Notes under the pieces: model-generated
Databases searched by the model: none
Seen by the model: the letters and a program-made list of their open reading frames with translations, nothing else
Told to the model about the DNA's origin: nothing
Assembly (NCBI RefSeq): GCF_006345805.1
Contig: NC_043018.1
Span: 15,872,001-15,935,955, forward strand
Length of the DNA stretch: 63,955 bases
DNA from: Octopus sinensis
Taxonomy: Eukaryota
Direction of reading: 5' to 3'
Shown: positions 1-13,200 of the stretch, in pieces
Layout: each line of letters starts with the position of its first letter
How positions within the stretch are numbered: the first letter of the stretch is position 1
Made by a program: the position numbers and the translations under genes

Positions 1-36
1 ATGCGCTTTTCGTCAGTGTAGCTCATACACGATTAT

Positions 37-410
37 AATGGCCCAGTGGTTAGGGCAGCGGACTCGCGGTCGTAGGATGGCGGTTTCGATTCCCAGACCG
101 GGCGTTGTGAGTGTTTATTGAGCGAACACACCTAAAAGCTCCACGCGGCTCCGGCAGGGGATGGTGGTGATCCCTGCTGTACTCTTTCACCACAACTTTC
201 TCTCACTCTTACTTCCTGTTTCTGTTGTACCTGTATTTCAAAGGGCCGGCCTTGTCACTCTCTGTGTCACGCTGAATATCCCCGAGAACTACGTTAAGGG
301 TACACGTGTCTGTGGAGTGCTCAGCCACTTACACGTTAATTTCACGAGCAGGCTGTTCCGTTGATCGGATCAACCGGAACCCTCGTCGTCGGAACCGACG
401 GAGTGCTTCC
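37..410 (+). mobile_element. SINE family A (tRNA-Arg-like head) with tail T1
   Basis: A-box-like TGGCCCAGTGGTTAGG and B-box-like GGTTTCGATTCCC. The head recurs at 3.7, 14.3 and 21.0 kb; the tail recurs at 14.6, 26.9 and 43.1 kb. Confidence 0.8.
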
Positions 411-722
411 ACACACACGATTATAGCCAGACAGACACACAGACGTAAAGTTATTTCAAGCAACAGAGATAATTATGCGTTCGCCTTTTTCCTTCATTTA
501 CTTCCCTCATCACTCTACGAAATAATCACATACCAGTTATACCACTGGAGCTACTGCAGATGAGCACTTTGGAATCTTAGTTTTAACTGTAGATAACCAG
601 CGATTCTGATATGATAAGAACCTTACATGGCGCCTGATGCTGCACAGAAGGTAACCATAGCACGGTAAGTTAGGCCGTCTTATTCTGTCAGAAGTAAAGT
701 TTGAAATCATATTTATAGATTA

Positions 723-1023
723 CTAGCAGTATCGCCCGGCGTTGCTCGGGTTTGTAAGGGAAATAACTATATAAGCATTTTAGAGAGTTACTTCCCTTAT
801 ATAATAGCAAAAAAATGCATTAAGAATGGGAAAAAATGATGGTAATTTTTTTTTAAATCGCAAATTCATCGTAGACGCTCGCTAATACCCAGAAGGGTTC
901 GATATGAATCACGACTATAAGATACCCGCTTTTGGTTAAACTGCACCGCAAAATGTGGGAGTAGTTAGGAATCTAAATCGTAGGAGACAGACACTCACAC
1001 AACTTCACTTTTATATATAAAGA
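723..1023 (-). mobile_element. Non-autonomous Helitron, 301 bp
   Basis: On the minus strand: 5' TC (1023-1022), 3' CTAG (726-723), a subterminal GC-rich hairpin (735-750), inserted between A and T with no TSD. Confidence 0.85.
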
Positions 1024-1064
1024 TTTACTGACAACTGACAAAATATTGATTTGAAATTTTGACG

Positions 1065-1262
1065 CTAGGCCAGCAATTTTCGGGTTGGGGTTAAGGCAAC
1101 GACATCGACCTCAGTGTTCATCTGGTATTTATATTACCGACCCCGGAACGACGGAAGCCAAAGTCGACTTCTGTGGAATTTGAACTCAGTATGTAGTCAT
1201 GTACGAACTGCCGTGGAGTATTTTGCCCGGCATGCTAACGACTCTCCCAGCTCGCTGCCTTA
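1065..1262 (-). mobile_element. SINE family C, diverged
   Basis: aaagtcgacttctgtggaatttgaactcag...gctaacgactctcccagctcgctgcctta. Confidence 0.6.
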
Positions 1263-3486
1263 GGATTTGCAAAATATAAACAGATAATGACTTTTAATAA
1301 TGACCATTAATACCGTTGTTGGCAGCTGGAAAACGGTTCATATCTCGTGTAAAGGAAAACAGTCAGACGCTTGCATATATGGAAGGAAAACTTATGAAGT
1401 AGTACTAACAATTATTGAGATGTTTAATGACCAAAATAATGCTTCTGATAAAATTCAGTTAAATTTGAATATTCTGTTATTTTAAACATGGCTAAACATA
1501 CTTTCGGATATATATTTCACCAATATAAATATTTGTAATCTTTCATGAATTTAATTATGTGTTATGTACTTCAATGATGCGTATGGTTGTCATAAGTTAA
1601 AGATTTATAGGAAGCAATGAAATGCAACAAATGGACGAATATTGGCACTTTATCTTCGTTCCACTAAACTGGGTAGATTCATCAAAATTTAAATGTCATT
1701 CTTCCCTCGAGGATTTGTCTTTAACAAAGGTGAATTTCTTATTAGGATGAAAACAATTTCTGAAGAATTATTCTAATACGTGGTCCGTTATCAACTTTGA
1801 GCAATAGCCAGAGGCTGTTCATAATTAATAAAGGCGACGGAAGACATTTACTTCTCGATTCAGAATCTATTTACTTGTTTCCACTTGATAATAATATTCT
1901 TATATCGTTCATTCCCTTCTCTTCCGGTGGCAGTCTCTTCCGGTGGCAATCTCTTCCGGTAGCATAGTAAAAGTGTTCCTTCCTGGTTTTGTTTTATTTT
2001 TTTCTCTTCGCATATGGAGATATTTAATTTTTAATGCACAGTATTAAGAGAAATTAAAACTCTGATCAAATTAAATATTCACTTGGTGAAATAGCGTGAA
2101 TGAAAGGAGGAGAATAAGAAATGGACAATGTGAGAGGTTCCAACGGGGAGAAAACATTCGATAAGTTATAGACAAAATGTAGACACAAAAAAGCAGTAAA
2201 AGTTGAATAGAATGATTAGTAAGGCGACCAACTGGAAAGGAAGAGAAATAAATTGATGATTCGGACGAACCTTTAATCAAGGTAGAGTAAGAAGGAAGCT
2301 AAAAGAAAGAAGAAAAGAAACGGCACCTATCTGAAGTACATTTGTATCTTTCTGACTTAAGCTACGACTACTCAGCTCCATTTTATTTTATTTCGTAAAT
2401 TTACATTTTAAACCAACAATTCATAACATTGAAATAATTAACTTTGAATTCGCTGATGTATGGACATAACTCTCCACAAAACAATAATGATAAGATGGTT
2501 GTGGTAGTTTTAGAGCCCCAGTTGGACTTTAACAAGACTGTTTTAGTGGAAAGATACTGGAGTTTGAACACTAATCCGAAATATTTCCTTTCTTTTTAAA
2601 CTGAGCGTTATGATTTGAAAGCAATTCAACCTTTATTTATTTTAATTAGTGCAATAATCAGATGGAAGCCATCCAGTTTTTCAGGCTAAGATGCGATGTT
2701 TCTCTGTGGTACAGTGTTTATATTACTTTGTTCCGTTTATGTATGGCGTGGTGTTTGTGGGCGTTGTAGAAGAATGAAGATTAATGGAAATAGAATACTA
2801 AAATTGCTTTGAAAAATTTGCAGAGACGCCATTGCCTGACGCATGAAAAAAGAATAGTTTCGCCAACATAACACATTTAATTCAGGATGCATTAATAATC
2901 CAAACGGGAAATAATGATGCGTTGAGAAACAAATTTTATTAGATGTTGCCAAATATAATTCAATCCTTTTAGCAACCACGGTAACAAAAATTAAATCTTC
3001 GAAATTGTTCAGCTTTATTATAGTCTCTTGACCGAAGCTTGTATTTCACAATTACCGAAGAAGAAATGATGGAATAACCAGCAAATAGATACTCACTTAT
3101 GTACACTCTTGAAATGCAATGTGTGACAAGTTAACATGAAGATATCCAAGTTCTTAAGGTGATGAAAGAACTACTTCTTGTGTATTTAGCGTTAATACTG
3201 CAGCAAAGTTCATGAGTATTGGTTTTGTAAATCCTTTATGTTACTTGCTACTGAAGCGATTCTACTTGAGTTTTCAGCCCTCATACAACTTGGGAAATGC
3301 TACAGACTTGTTCTAATAGATACAAGCTCAACTTTTATTAGTGGAGTTATACCTCTTCTTTGCTGATGTTTGATTTTAAACACTTTGATTGCTAGGGATT
3401 TGTCTACCAGTAGGTTCAATTATAGAAATTTGACGGAAAGGTTTTCTTCCACTTACTATATTATATAAAAACTATGAACGTCACTC

Positions 3487-3790
3487 TTTTCAAACCTAGC
3501 CAGGCTCATGGGCCCGGTTTCCGGTTTCTATGGCGTATGTGATCCCCCTAGCTGGACGGGACGCCAGTCCATCACAGCGTTACTCAAGAAACAAGAAGAG
3601 AGAGTGAGAGAAAATTGGGGCGAAAGAGTACAACTGGGGTCGACACCCACCCACCCCTGCCGGAGCCTCGTAGAGCTTTTAGGTGTTTTCGCTCAATAAA
3701 CACACAAAACGCCCAGTGTAGGAATCGAAACCGCGATCCTCCGACTGCGAGTACGCTGCCCTAACCACTGGGCCATTGCGCCTCCTCCAC
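3487..3790 (-). mobile_element. SINE family A head with a different tail (T3)
   Basis: Same head and core as 37-200. The tail reads gatggactggcgtcccgtccag...agaaaccgg on the minus strand. Confidence 0.75.
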
Positions 3791-4524
3791 TATATTATAT
3801 ATGGAACACTACTCCATGTGGAGGCGCGTAGCCTATTGCGGGAATTGTTCGTCTCATGACCATGATATCGTGAATTCAATTCCTAAAGCGAGCGCAGGTT
3901 GTGATCTGGAGTAAAGACATTTCATTTCACACTGATTCAGTTTAGTCAAATAAAAATGAGTTCCAACAAGTCAAGTACCGGAGTAACTCTTCTTCTTCTT
4001 CGTCGTCGTCGTCGTCGTCGTTCTTCTTCTACTTCTTCTTCTTCTTCTTCTTCGTCGTTCTTCTTCTACTACTACTACTTCTTCTTCTTCTTCTACTTCT
4101 TCGTCGTTCTCCTTCTACTTCTTTCTCTTCTTCTTCTTCTTCTTCTTCTTCTTCTTCTTCTTCTGTTTGCTATATCCTGGATGTTCCACCTAACCAAAAG
4201 TTGGGGAGTTTCGAAAAGAAATGCCTCGGCTCCGAAAACTATAAAGAGACGACATACTACGTGTTCCTGCATGTTACTTACATGTTACCGACATTTTTCC
4301 CCACATGTTACCAAGTCATATTCGTTAACGAGTGACTACCCCCCCCCCCCGACACACACACACGATGATATATCTCTACCGCCATTTTGTTGCGAGACAT
4401 GTCTGATGTAAATCACTCTTTGATTCTTCCATTTTCATCTTCATCTTCATTTACATCTTGTCAGAATGTATCAGTTAAACTTTACAGGTTGTGGTGTGAT
4501 GCGTATATCTATGAGCTTACGTAT

Positions 4525-4555
<31 letters not shown>

Positions 4556-4732
4556 CGTATGTATGTTCATTAATGTACGATCATATGTGTGTGTGTGTGT
4601 TTGTGAGTGTGTGCTTTGCCACAGTCAATGTGTGCGACACTACGGCTCTGTGTGTATGCGCGCCTCTGTACGAGAGTCTGTATATGTTTATAGTGTTTAT
4701 GGTTTGTATATGTTTACAGTGAGTCAGTGCAT

Positions 4733-4777
<45 letters not shown>

Positions 4778-6498
4778 GTGTGTGTGCGTGTGAATGTGTT
4801 TGCCCATCTTTTCTCTACTTCAAAGACAACGACTCGAAATCCAGGAAGTTTACTTGTCGTTTTATTTGTTGTTTGATTTATTTCTGTTCTTCTTTTAGAA
4901 AAAAAATAAATAATAATAATCTTTACTGTTATTTAAGTTGCTAACCTTCATCGGATATTCTTTTCAACGTCTAACACTCTTTCAACGGCCTTTCCCCCCA
5001 CCCACCACCACCACCACCACCACACCACCATTCCTACTTCAAGTAGTAGCTTTACAAAAGAAAAAAAAAAAGCATGTGATAAATTGCTAAAATGGCTGCA
5101 TTTCCTGTTCAGTGAGTAATTCGTCAAATTGGTGCGTGATTGTGGCTGTTGGTTAGAAGCCGACTGACTGTGGAAGCATATTTATTGGATGTTGATATGT
5201 GTCTGGAGAAGAAAGAGCAGGAAATACCGACATAGATCGAGACAACGACACATAACCCTACTACCCCACTAGGTGGACATCACATCTGTTAGAAATAGCA
5301 ACCAAATCTCTCTCACGTCAGGTCTGTCTTAAAAGAGAAGAGAATATAGATAATGGTCAATGCAAATCTTAGATTGAATTGTCCCGGAAGGCACATTCAA
5401 TAATTGACGACTGGAAATTTTATATTTGAAAGAACAATGCTTGTGGCATTGGTAGGGGTGGGGCTAAGAGATCATCTCTGACTGAGTTAATAAAAAACCG
5501 TTCCAACCGTGAACAATCTATAGATCGAATGAAATGTGTTTTCTTTTTTTTTTAAGTTTGACAAGATGCAGGTCTAGCGAATATGGTTGCTATTTCTAGC
5601 ATGCTGAAAATTCGTACATACGATTCTTCTTTGATTCATCTCACCAATACGTATCTCATAAAGCTACATCTATTATACAAGTCTGAACCTTTGCTCTTTG
5701 GAAATTCGGTAAAAACATCATTTTGTCGTTGACAGCCAAATGCTTTTTTGACCGTACCAGACCCAAGCGCCTCTTAGCTACATCACTCGATTAATAGTAT
5801 TTTGGGTTGCTTTTTCCTTTCTGACAGAAGGATCTACAAGAACATTTCCAACATTATATTAGCCTTGGTATAAAACAGGGTTCTGTTATGTGACGCACAC
5901 TCTTCGTTTTGAATCTTGTTTCCAGTAACCACACGCGTTTTGTTAGAAATGATACCATCCTTACTTCTTATACAAGCAACATCCAAACAACTTAGCTATC
6001 GCATATCGGACAGTTACCTACATCCATAAACGAAGATCTAAAAAGCATCTTCCCTTCTTCTCTAACACGAATATGGACATGACAATCAATTCTCATTCAA
6101 TAGCTCAAAGACAGAGTTATTATCGAGGAAGGATACTGACCGCACTAACCTTCCCTTACTTAAGTACAAATACATAATTAAAACGTTTAACTTTTAGACA
6201 AACTGGAATTTAACATTCTCAAATGATCTCAAATGGCAAAACAACATCAATCACGCATCCAACATTACAACCATAGGTTTAGAACACACAACGGGTCTCT
6301 GTTACGCTATATAAAAAATACATACGGGTCACAATATTACATAAAGGAACGGATACACATACACACACTCACAAATATACAAACATACAAGTGCATACAC
6401 ACATATTTAAATTTATCTGTATGCATATGCATGTATATATGAATATTATACATTGCCATACATTATATACATAGCTATGTATATATTTATACGTACAT

Positions 6499-6530
<32 letters not shown>

Positions 6531-6690
6531 GTGCGTGAATGTGTGTGCATATGTGTGCGTACCTGTCTATGACTGCATGTATATATGTGTGTATATGCAT
6601 ATGTGCGTGTATACGTTTGTTATATATATGTATGTGTTGTATATATATGTGCATATAGGTATCTACACGTGTATATCTATGTATATATGC

Positions 6691-6725
<35 letters not shown>

Positions 6726-6773
6726 ATAATAATGATAATTATTATTATTATATTTATAATAATAATGATGATG

Positions 6774-6819
<46 letters not shown>

Positions 6820-6829
6820 TAATAATAAC

Positions 6830-6869
<40 letters not shown>

Positions 6870-6871
6870 GC

Positions 6872-6903
<32 letters not shown>

Positions 6904-6920
6904 TAATAATAACAATAATA

Positions 6921-7359
6921 TTCTGCTCAATACCACAGATTTGCTTGTCAGTTGTTTGACCTTAACCAGTTGAGCATGTCCCTTAGTGGCTGACGATATG
7001 TGCATCTCTGATCACGAGCAGAAGTAGTGGGGGAGCATCATAGCCATGTGTTGAGAGGGATTCTTTGGGGTTTGAATAATACACCTCTGGAAACATGGGT
7101 GGTTCTTTCAACATCCTTAACAACCTTATTCGGGGACCTTTTGAGCGGGATGGGCTACTCAACCTGAAGAAATTCTAACTGGCCCCACCTGCAAGGTCAT
7201 GTGCTGTTTATCTTGATATGAGATCACCATGTCGCGCACATATGGTTGTGATGCATGTGCCTGTGTACCCTTATCAGATGGGTAGTCATGATGGGTATAC
7301 TGGGCTTCGTATATTTTACCCCAGTGTCACTTTGATGGCATGAACTGCTCTCTCACTCA
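6921..7359 (+). mobile_element. ~440-bp non-coding element inserted in an (AAT)n tract
   Basis: Flanked by (AAT)n at 6725-6920 and 7359-7452. Its 3' end (gggcttcgtatattttaccccagtgtcactttgatggcatg..ctctctcactcaa) recurs at 18790-18852 (+) and 30735-30800 (-). Confidence 0.65.
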
Positions 7360-7379
7360 ATAATAATAATAATAATAAC

Positions 7380-7453
<74 letters not shown>

Positions 7454-7690
7454 GGAATATGATTCCAAATTTAGAGGGAAAAATTCAATTTAGTAATACT
7501 AAATCAAATTTCACAATATATATGTATATAAATTAGAGAAGAACCACCATGTAGCAATTCAACAATGATATACTTAAATCAAACCATATAGAAAAAAATT
7601 AAAGATACGATAAAACATTTACCTAGAACTAAATTAAGTACGAAATAATAAATATATAGTATATAATTAGCAAATACATATATATATAAT

Positions 7691-7765
<75 letters not shown>

Positions 7766-9151
7766 ACATATATATAAATATATACATACATATATACTAC
7801 ATACATATATATATATATATATTTATATATATATTTGTATATATATGTAAATATCTTGTTAGATATCTGTTGAATAGAAAGGTCACGAACACCAGCAAGT
7901 AGGTCACTACTTCTTGGTTGCTCGATCTATTCGCTTGACATAGAAGTTAATTGTCCTACAAATAACACCAAAGAGACCAACAAAGAGACTAACAAAATTG
8001 CTGACCTAGTGTCAAATTTTCAAATCAATATTTAGTAAGTCGTCTGCAAATACTCTATAAATATGATTTCAAAAATGCATGCAATGTAGTTGTAGATAAT
8101 ACATCTCGTGGATCAAGGCTGGAATGTCTTTGACGCGAGTTGCAGTCGATGAAATGTGGGGTGATGCTTGACAGCATCGAACAGATCCCGTGGATATGTC
8201 GGAGTCAGTTGTTGCAATTCTGATCGAGTCAGCAACTGCGACTTCTTCAATTAGATTATGCGACACATTTGAACTCAAAACATTTGGCGATTATACAGTG
8301 CCTCTTCTACTTACACCAATGAAATTTAATCCGGTTAATGTATTTAGAGCTAGGCAATTCTTCATGATAATATGCTATGAGTGTTGTTAGTGATGTGTCT
8401 GAGAGAAAAATCTCCTGTCGGATATGTTACTCATGTAATATTATGAGGAATAATCCTTGTTTTAATTTTAATCAAGCAGACCCTAATTTAAAGTGTTCCA
8501 TATGTGACGGGGCCCTCTTTTTATATCAGAGACGTGAAACTTTTTTGTTTTCGTTTCTTAAGACAGGGGCAAAAGGTGAGCCCAACATTGGTTCAAAGAC
8601 GAGGTACAGTGCCATAAAAATCAGCATTATTACTTTAAATCAATAAGACAATGTGTTTGTGATTTAGGAGGGATTTTGTTGTTATTTCTAGTTGGTGTGC
8701 TACATAGAAGCTCTTTTGCTGGTTTCTCCGGGGAAATTGTAGCACAGAGCAAAGGCGAACTGAATACGTGACAGTTATACAACACTGCCTGAATTTACAA
8801 TAGTTGATTTATTGCGAGATTGGTTCTGATGTTGAAGGATTCGATTCTTCACAATAGACATATTCACTGCAAACTGGATGATAAATTCTCACCACACAAT
8901 TAGAGAAACTAATCACTGAAATTAATATTTATTGATTATTATATATATATCAATATCAATATACAGTATACTCCGTCAATATATATCATGCAATTATGTT
9001 AGAGAGAAACATTGATTGCCACTGAGTTTCAACTAAATTGCATCTCAACCTAGAACAACATCCGTCAATCTATCTATTTCACAATCGATCGATCGATCCA
9101 GCGAGCGAGCAGTCTATATACTTACACCTCTATTAATCCACGTGTATATAT

Positions 9152-9245
<94 letters not shown>

Positions 9246-9275
9246 TATTATATATATACATATATATAATATATA

Positions 9276-9593
9276 CACCCTCACCCACATGATTGACCGA
9301 TGCCTGACCCGTTGAATTCTTCAGCCACCGGTTCTCAACATACACTGATAAACAGTTTCGCCATGGGCTCTTAGGAGCACAGTTGTCGATTTGTTTTTTG
9401 CTCCGCCTCTGTTCTGTTTTTGTTTTTCCAACGGATTCCTTTTTTCTTCCTGAAGAGAAAGACACAATATGGTCCCATTATTCAATCGGATTTTGGTAAT
9501 TTGTGCCTTTCGAAACACGTGTAGAATGAAATAAAACGATTTCTGTTCAATCTGCGTTCAGCTCCATTTCTTCAATTCACCAATAATGTTTTA
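9276..9593 (+). mobile_element. ~315-bp non-coding element carrying the hammerhead; probable Penelope-like pLTR or retrozyme-like unit
   Basis: Unique sequence bounded on both sides by (TA)n. Contains the hammerhead with AATAAA immediately after it. Its 3' ~75 bp recur at 19944-20093. Confidence 0.55.
9442..9531 (+). ncRNA. Type I hammerhead ribozyme motif (Penelope/retrozyme-type)
   Basis: CTGAAGA at 9450-9456. Stem II 9457-9467/9501-9511 (GAAAGACACAA/TTGTGCCTTTC, 10 of 11 pairs, closing G-C). GAAAC 9512-9516, palindromic loop ACGT, GTA cleavage triplet 9521-9523. Stem I 9442-9449/9524-9531 with one mismatch and one G.U. Confidence 0.75.
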
Positions 9594-9618
9594 TATATTA
9601 TATATATATAATTTAATT

Positions 9619-9649
<31 letters not shown>

Positions 9650-9849
9650 ATTTAATTTATATATATATATATACGTATATATATATGTATATGTATAAAT
9701 ATATACGAGCCTGTTTATATAGCTATATCTGTAATTTTTTCTCTCTCAGAGCTGCGGCCATGCTGAGGCACCACCGTTTGTGTATAGTGTATAAATTCAC
9801 ATTCTTTCTATATTATGATCTCTCTATTAGAATTTATGTGCGTCTACAT

Positions 9850-10440
9850 GCGTGTATATTGCATACATACATACATTCATGCATGCATGCATACATACAT
9901 ACATACATACACACATACATACATACATCATACATACATCATACATACAGACACACATACATACAATACATACATACATACATAATACACACATACATAC
10001 ATACATACATACATACATACATACATACACCACCACATCACACACACATACATACATACATACTCCATACATACATACATACATCATACATACATACATA
10101 CACACATACATACATACATACATACATCCATACATACATACATACATACCTACATACACACACACATACATACATACATACATACATACCTACATACATA
10201 CACACCACACACATACATACATACATACATACATACATACATACATACATACATACAGACACACACACATACATACATACATACATACATACATACCCCA
10301 TACATCACAAACATACACATACATACATACTACATACATACGACATACATACACACAGCATACACACCCATACATACATACATACATACATACACACATA
10401 CATACATACATACATACATACATACATACATACATACGTG
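9850..10440. repeat. (CATA)n compound microsatellite
   Basis: Direct inspection. Confidence 0.95.
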
Positions 10441-10645
10441 CGTGCGTACGTACGTATGTATGTACTCGAACTCTCTGCGTTCAATGAAAGAGTGGCCGAC
10501 AATGTGTTTGAGTGCCAGTATTCGTACATTTCGGCAACTTGATTCGACACTTGATGAGATCTAAGCCATTGAGGTAAAATCCCGGAAGATACTGCGCAGC
10601 ACAAATAATTTCCGCTTCAAAAGTAACGTAGATCACCTCTTCCTT

Positions 10646-10816
10646 GGCAATCAATGCTGGTGTGTTTACATCCCCGTAACTTAGGGTTCAGCAAGAGAGA
10701 CCGATAGAATAATACTAGGTTTACAAAGAATAAGTCCTGGGGTCGATTTGCTCGCTTAAAGGCACTGCTCCAGCATGGCCGCAGTCAAATAATAGAAACA
10801 AGTAAAAGAATAAACG

Positions 10817-10869
<53 letters not shown>

Positions 10870-11017
10870 GTGTGTGTATCTACGACCGGCTTCTTTCAGT
10901 TTCCGTCGACCAAATCAACCCACAAGGCTTTGGTCGGCCTGAGGCTATAGTAGAAGACACTTCCCCAAGAAGTCACGCAGAGGGACTGAAGCCGGAACCA
11001 TGTGGTTGGTAAGCAAG
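10646..11017. mobile_element. SINE family B modules in opposite orientations (tail +, 10646-10808; head -, 10881-11017)
   Basis: Each module aligns to 51643-52090, but the two are inverted relative to each other across a (TA)/(TG) tract. Confidence 0.7.
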
Positions 11018-11034
11018 TGAGAAACAGCGAGAAT

Positions 11035-11070
<36 letters not shown>

Positions 11071-11534
11071 TATGTATATAAAATACATACATACACTACT
11101 TGATAGTAGTTCATTCCACCAAAACTTCCATAAAGACCAACAAGTGAGACTTATACATGTTGTTTAGTATTCGGTACTAAATATCATAAATCAGGTATTT
11201 TGTCGTACCAAACAGCCTCCTCGACAGTCATTGAACAAATCCCTGAGACAACAAAGTGTGCTAGCCAGTCGCTGTGAAGAACAGGTAATTAAGTAGAAAA
11301 TTGTAGAAGTCATAAAGTGAAATCATAGCCTCCACACGCCAACACCGACACCTTCATCCAGAATATGGCAGTAAAGGTCTACAAAGCGGAATGGAGCTGG
11401 GAAATTTATTGTTCTATACCAACACTAAATAGTCCATTACGTGAAATGAGCAAACATTAAAGAAAGAACTATTGATTTAGCTGCTATATTTAATATCTTT
11501 TGTTAATATATTTAATATACTTAATGTTTTCGCA

Positions 11535-11960
11535 AGGCAGAATCGCGAGTATGCCAGACGTCCGTCGTTACATTCTCAGTTCAAATTCCGCCGAGATGGA
11601 CTTCCCCTTTCATCCTTTTGAGGTCGATAAAATTAGTAGCAGTTGAGCACAGGAATCGATGTTATCCACTTAACACCTTGTCCGAAATTTCTGGCCTTGT
11701 GCCAAAATTTTTAACCAATATTTTCTACGGGCTAAAATGCGTCTCGAACTGGCAGAATCTTTAGCACGCTGTCCAAAATCCGTAGCTTCATTTCTTTCGT
11801 TTTTATGTTCTCCATTGAAATTTCGCTGATGTCGATTTTGCCTTTCATCCTTTTGGGGTCGATAAAATAAGTAGCAGTTGAACATTGGGATTGATGTAAT
11901 CAACTTAAACCCATCTCCCAAAACCATCTGAACTTGCGCCAGAGTGCGAAAGCAATATTT
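11535..11960 (+). mobile_element. Two diverged tandem family C SINEs
   Basis: The core cctttcatccttt..ggtcgataaaat..gtagcag occurs twice. Confidence 0.6.
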
Positions 11961-12713
11961 TCTGTTGGCTATATATCTGTACACAGCCTGTTTCACTGTA
12001 CTGAACGTCGTCAGTATCAACTAACGAAAGCCTAGATAATCAATCATCAGTTTATTTCAGCACCTTCACGCTTTCCATCCATTCACTATCGCACGTTGAA
12101 CGCATTCCAACGACAGTTGCCTGAAGCTTGAAACGCAATAATCCGGATAACAAATATCACAAAAAAAACATATCATTAAATAAATAGTATTATTCTACCA
12201 CACCAAGCAGTTTCTAGCAATTAGTTTTCACACAATTGCGGTACCACCAGTGACGTTTCGTGTATGAATGCAACGAACTCAAAGCATACAGAGCGCACTG
12301 CATGTGTATAACACACAAATAAATGCAAATAGCAAATTCGATTTCAATATTGATATTTCATCATTTATGAAACACTGCTGGAATATGTTGCAATATACAT
12401 GGTGAGGGCCGTGTGTGTGTAAATATATATAGATAGATAGATATATAGACATATAAAATATGTGTGTATGTATATATACATATATATTTGCACATATATA
12501 CAGACACACATGTATATATATATATAGTGTGTGTGTGTGTGTGTGTGTGTGCATCAATGTATGTATGTGTGTGGATGTGTGTGGTTTGTGTATGTGTTGT
12601 CCCTGGGTGGGGATGCACGTGCGCGATCGTGCAAGGTTTCAGTTATATTGTTTTGAATATCTAACATTACACGCATGCTCAGAACTTGCCCAAGATATAT
12701 ATGTGTGCGTGTC

Positions 12714-12788
<75 letters not shown>

Positions 12789-13200
12789 TAGGATGAAATG
12801 GTTAAGGAGTTCGCTTCAAGAAAAAACATGAGAACCCAGGTTTGCTTCTGCTTCGTGTCATTTTCTCACGTCTCAGCTCGATCCTACCTTATGATGAGCT
12901 AAAATGAATAAGCGGAAACTGCATGGAAGCCTACTAAATGGATTACTCAAGGAATTCATTACAGGCAGCTGTCTCACCGTGTCAGGTTGATTCCACCTGA
13001 GAATCACATTAAGATCTATGCATCTTTGGAATTCTCTCTCTTTCTCACTTCCTTACCAACCACACGGTTCCGGTTTCAGTCCCACTGCGTAGCATCTTGG
13101 GGAAGTGTCTTCTACTATAGCCTCGAGCCGACCAATACCTTGTGTGTTGATTTGATTTGGTCGGAAACTGAAAGACGCCGTATATATATATATATATATA

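Noticed and set aside
37-110. tRNA gene calls for the A/B-box heads (also 16.5, 17.1, 21.0, 44.6 and 51.7 kb)
   Set aside because: No complete cloverleaf, and each head continues into a repeated SINE body.
5700-6100. Possible transposase HTH-like remnant on the minus strand (RVWLLETRFKTKSV...)
   Set aside because: The resemblance is too weak and fragmented to support without a profile search.
9586-10542. 318-aa ORF and its overlapping HTYI/MYVC ORFs
   Set aside because: Read-through of (TA)n and (CATA)n microsatellites with no domain content. The same applies to nearly all YI/CV/LSIY-rich ORFs in the track.
12245-12300. Minus-strand hairpin followed by GAAACGTC
   Set aside because: Stems are plausible but the CUGANGA core is absent.
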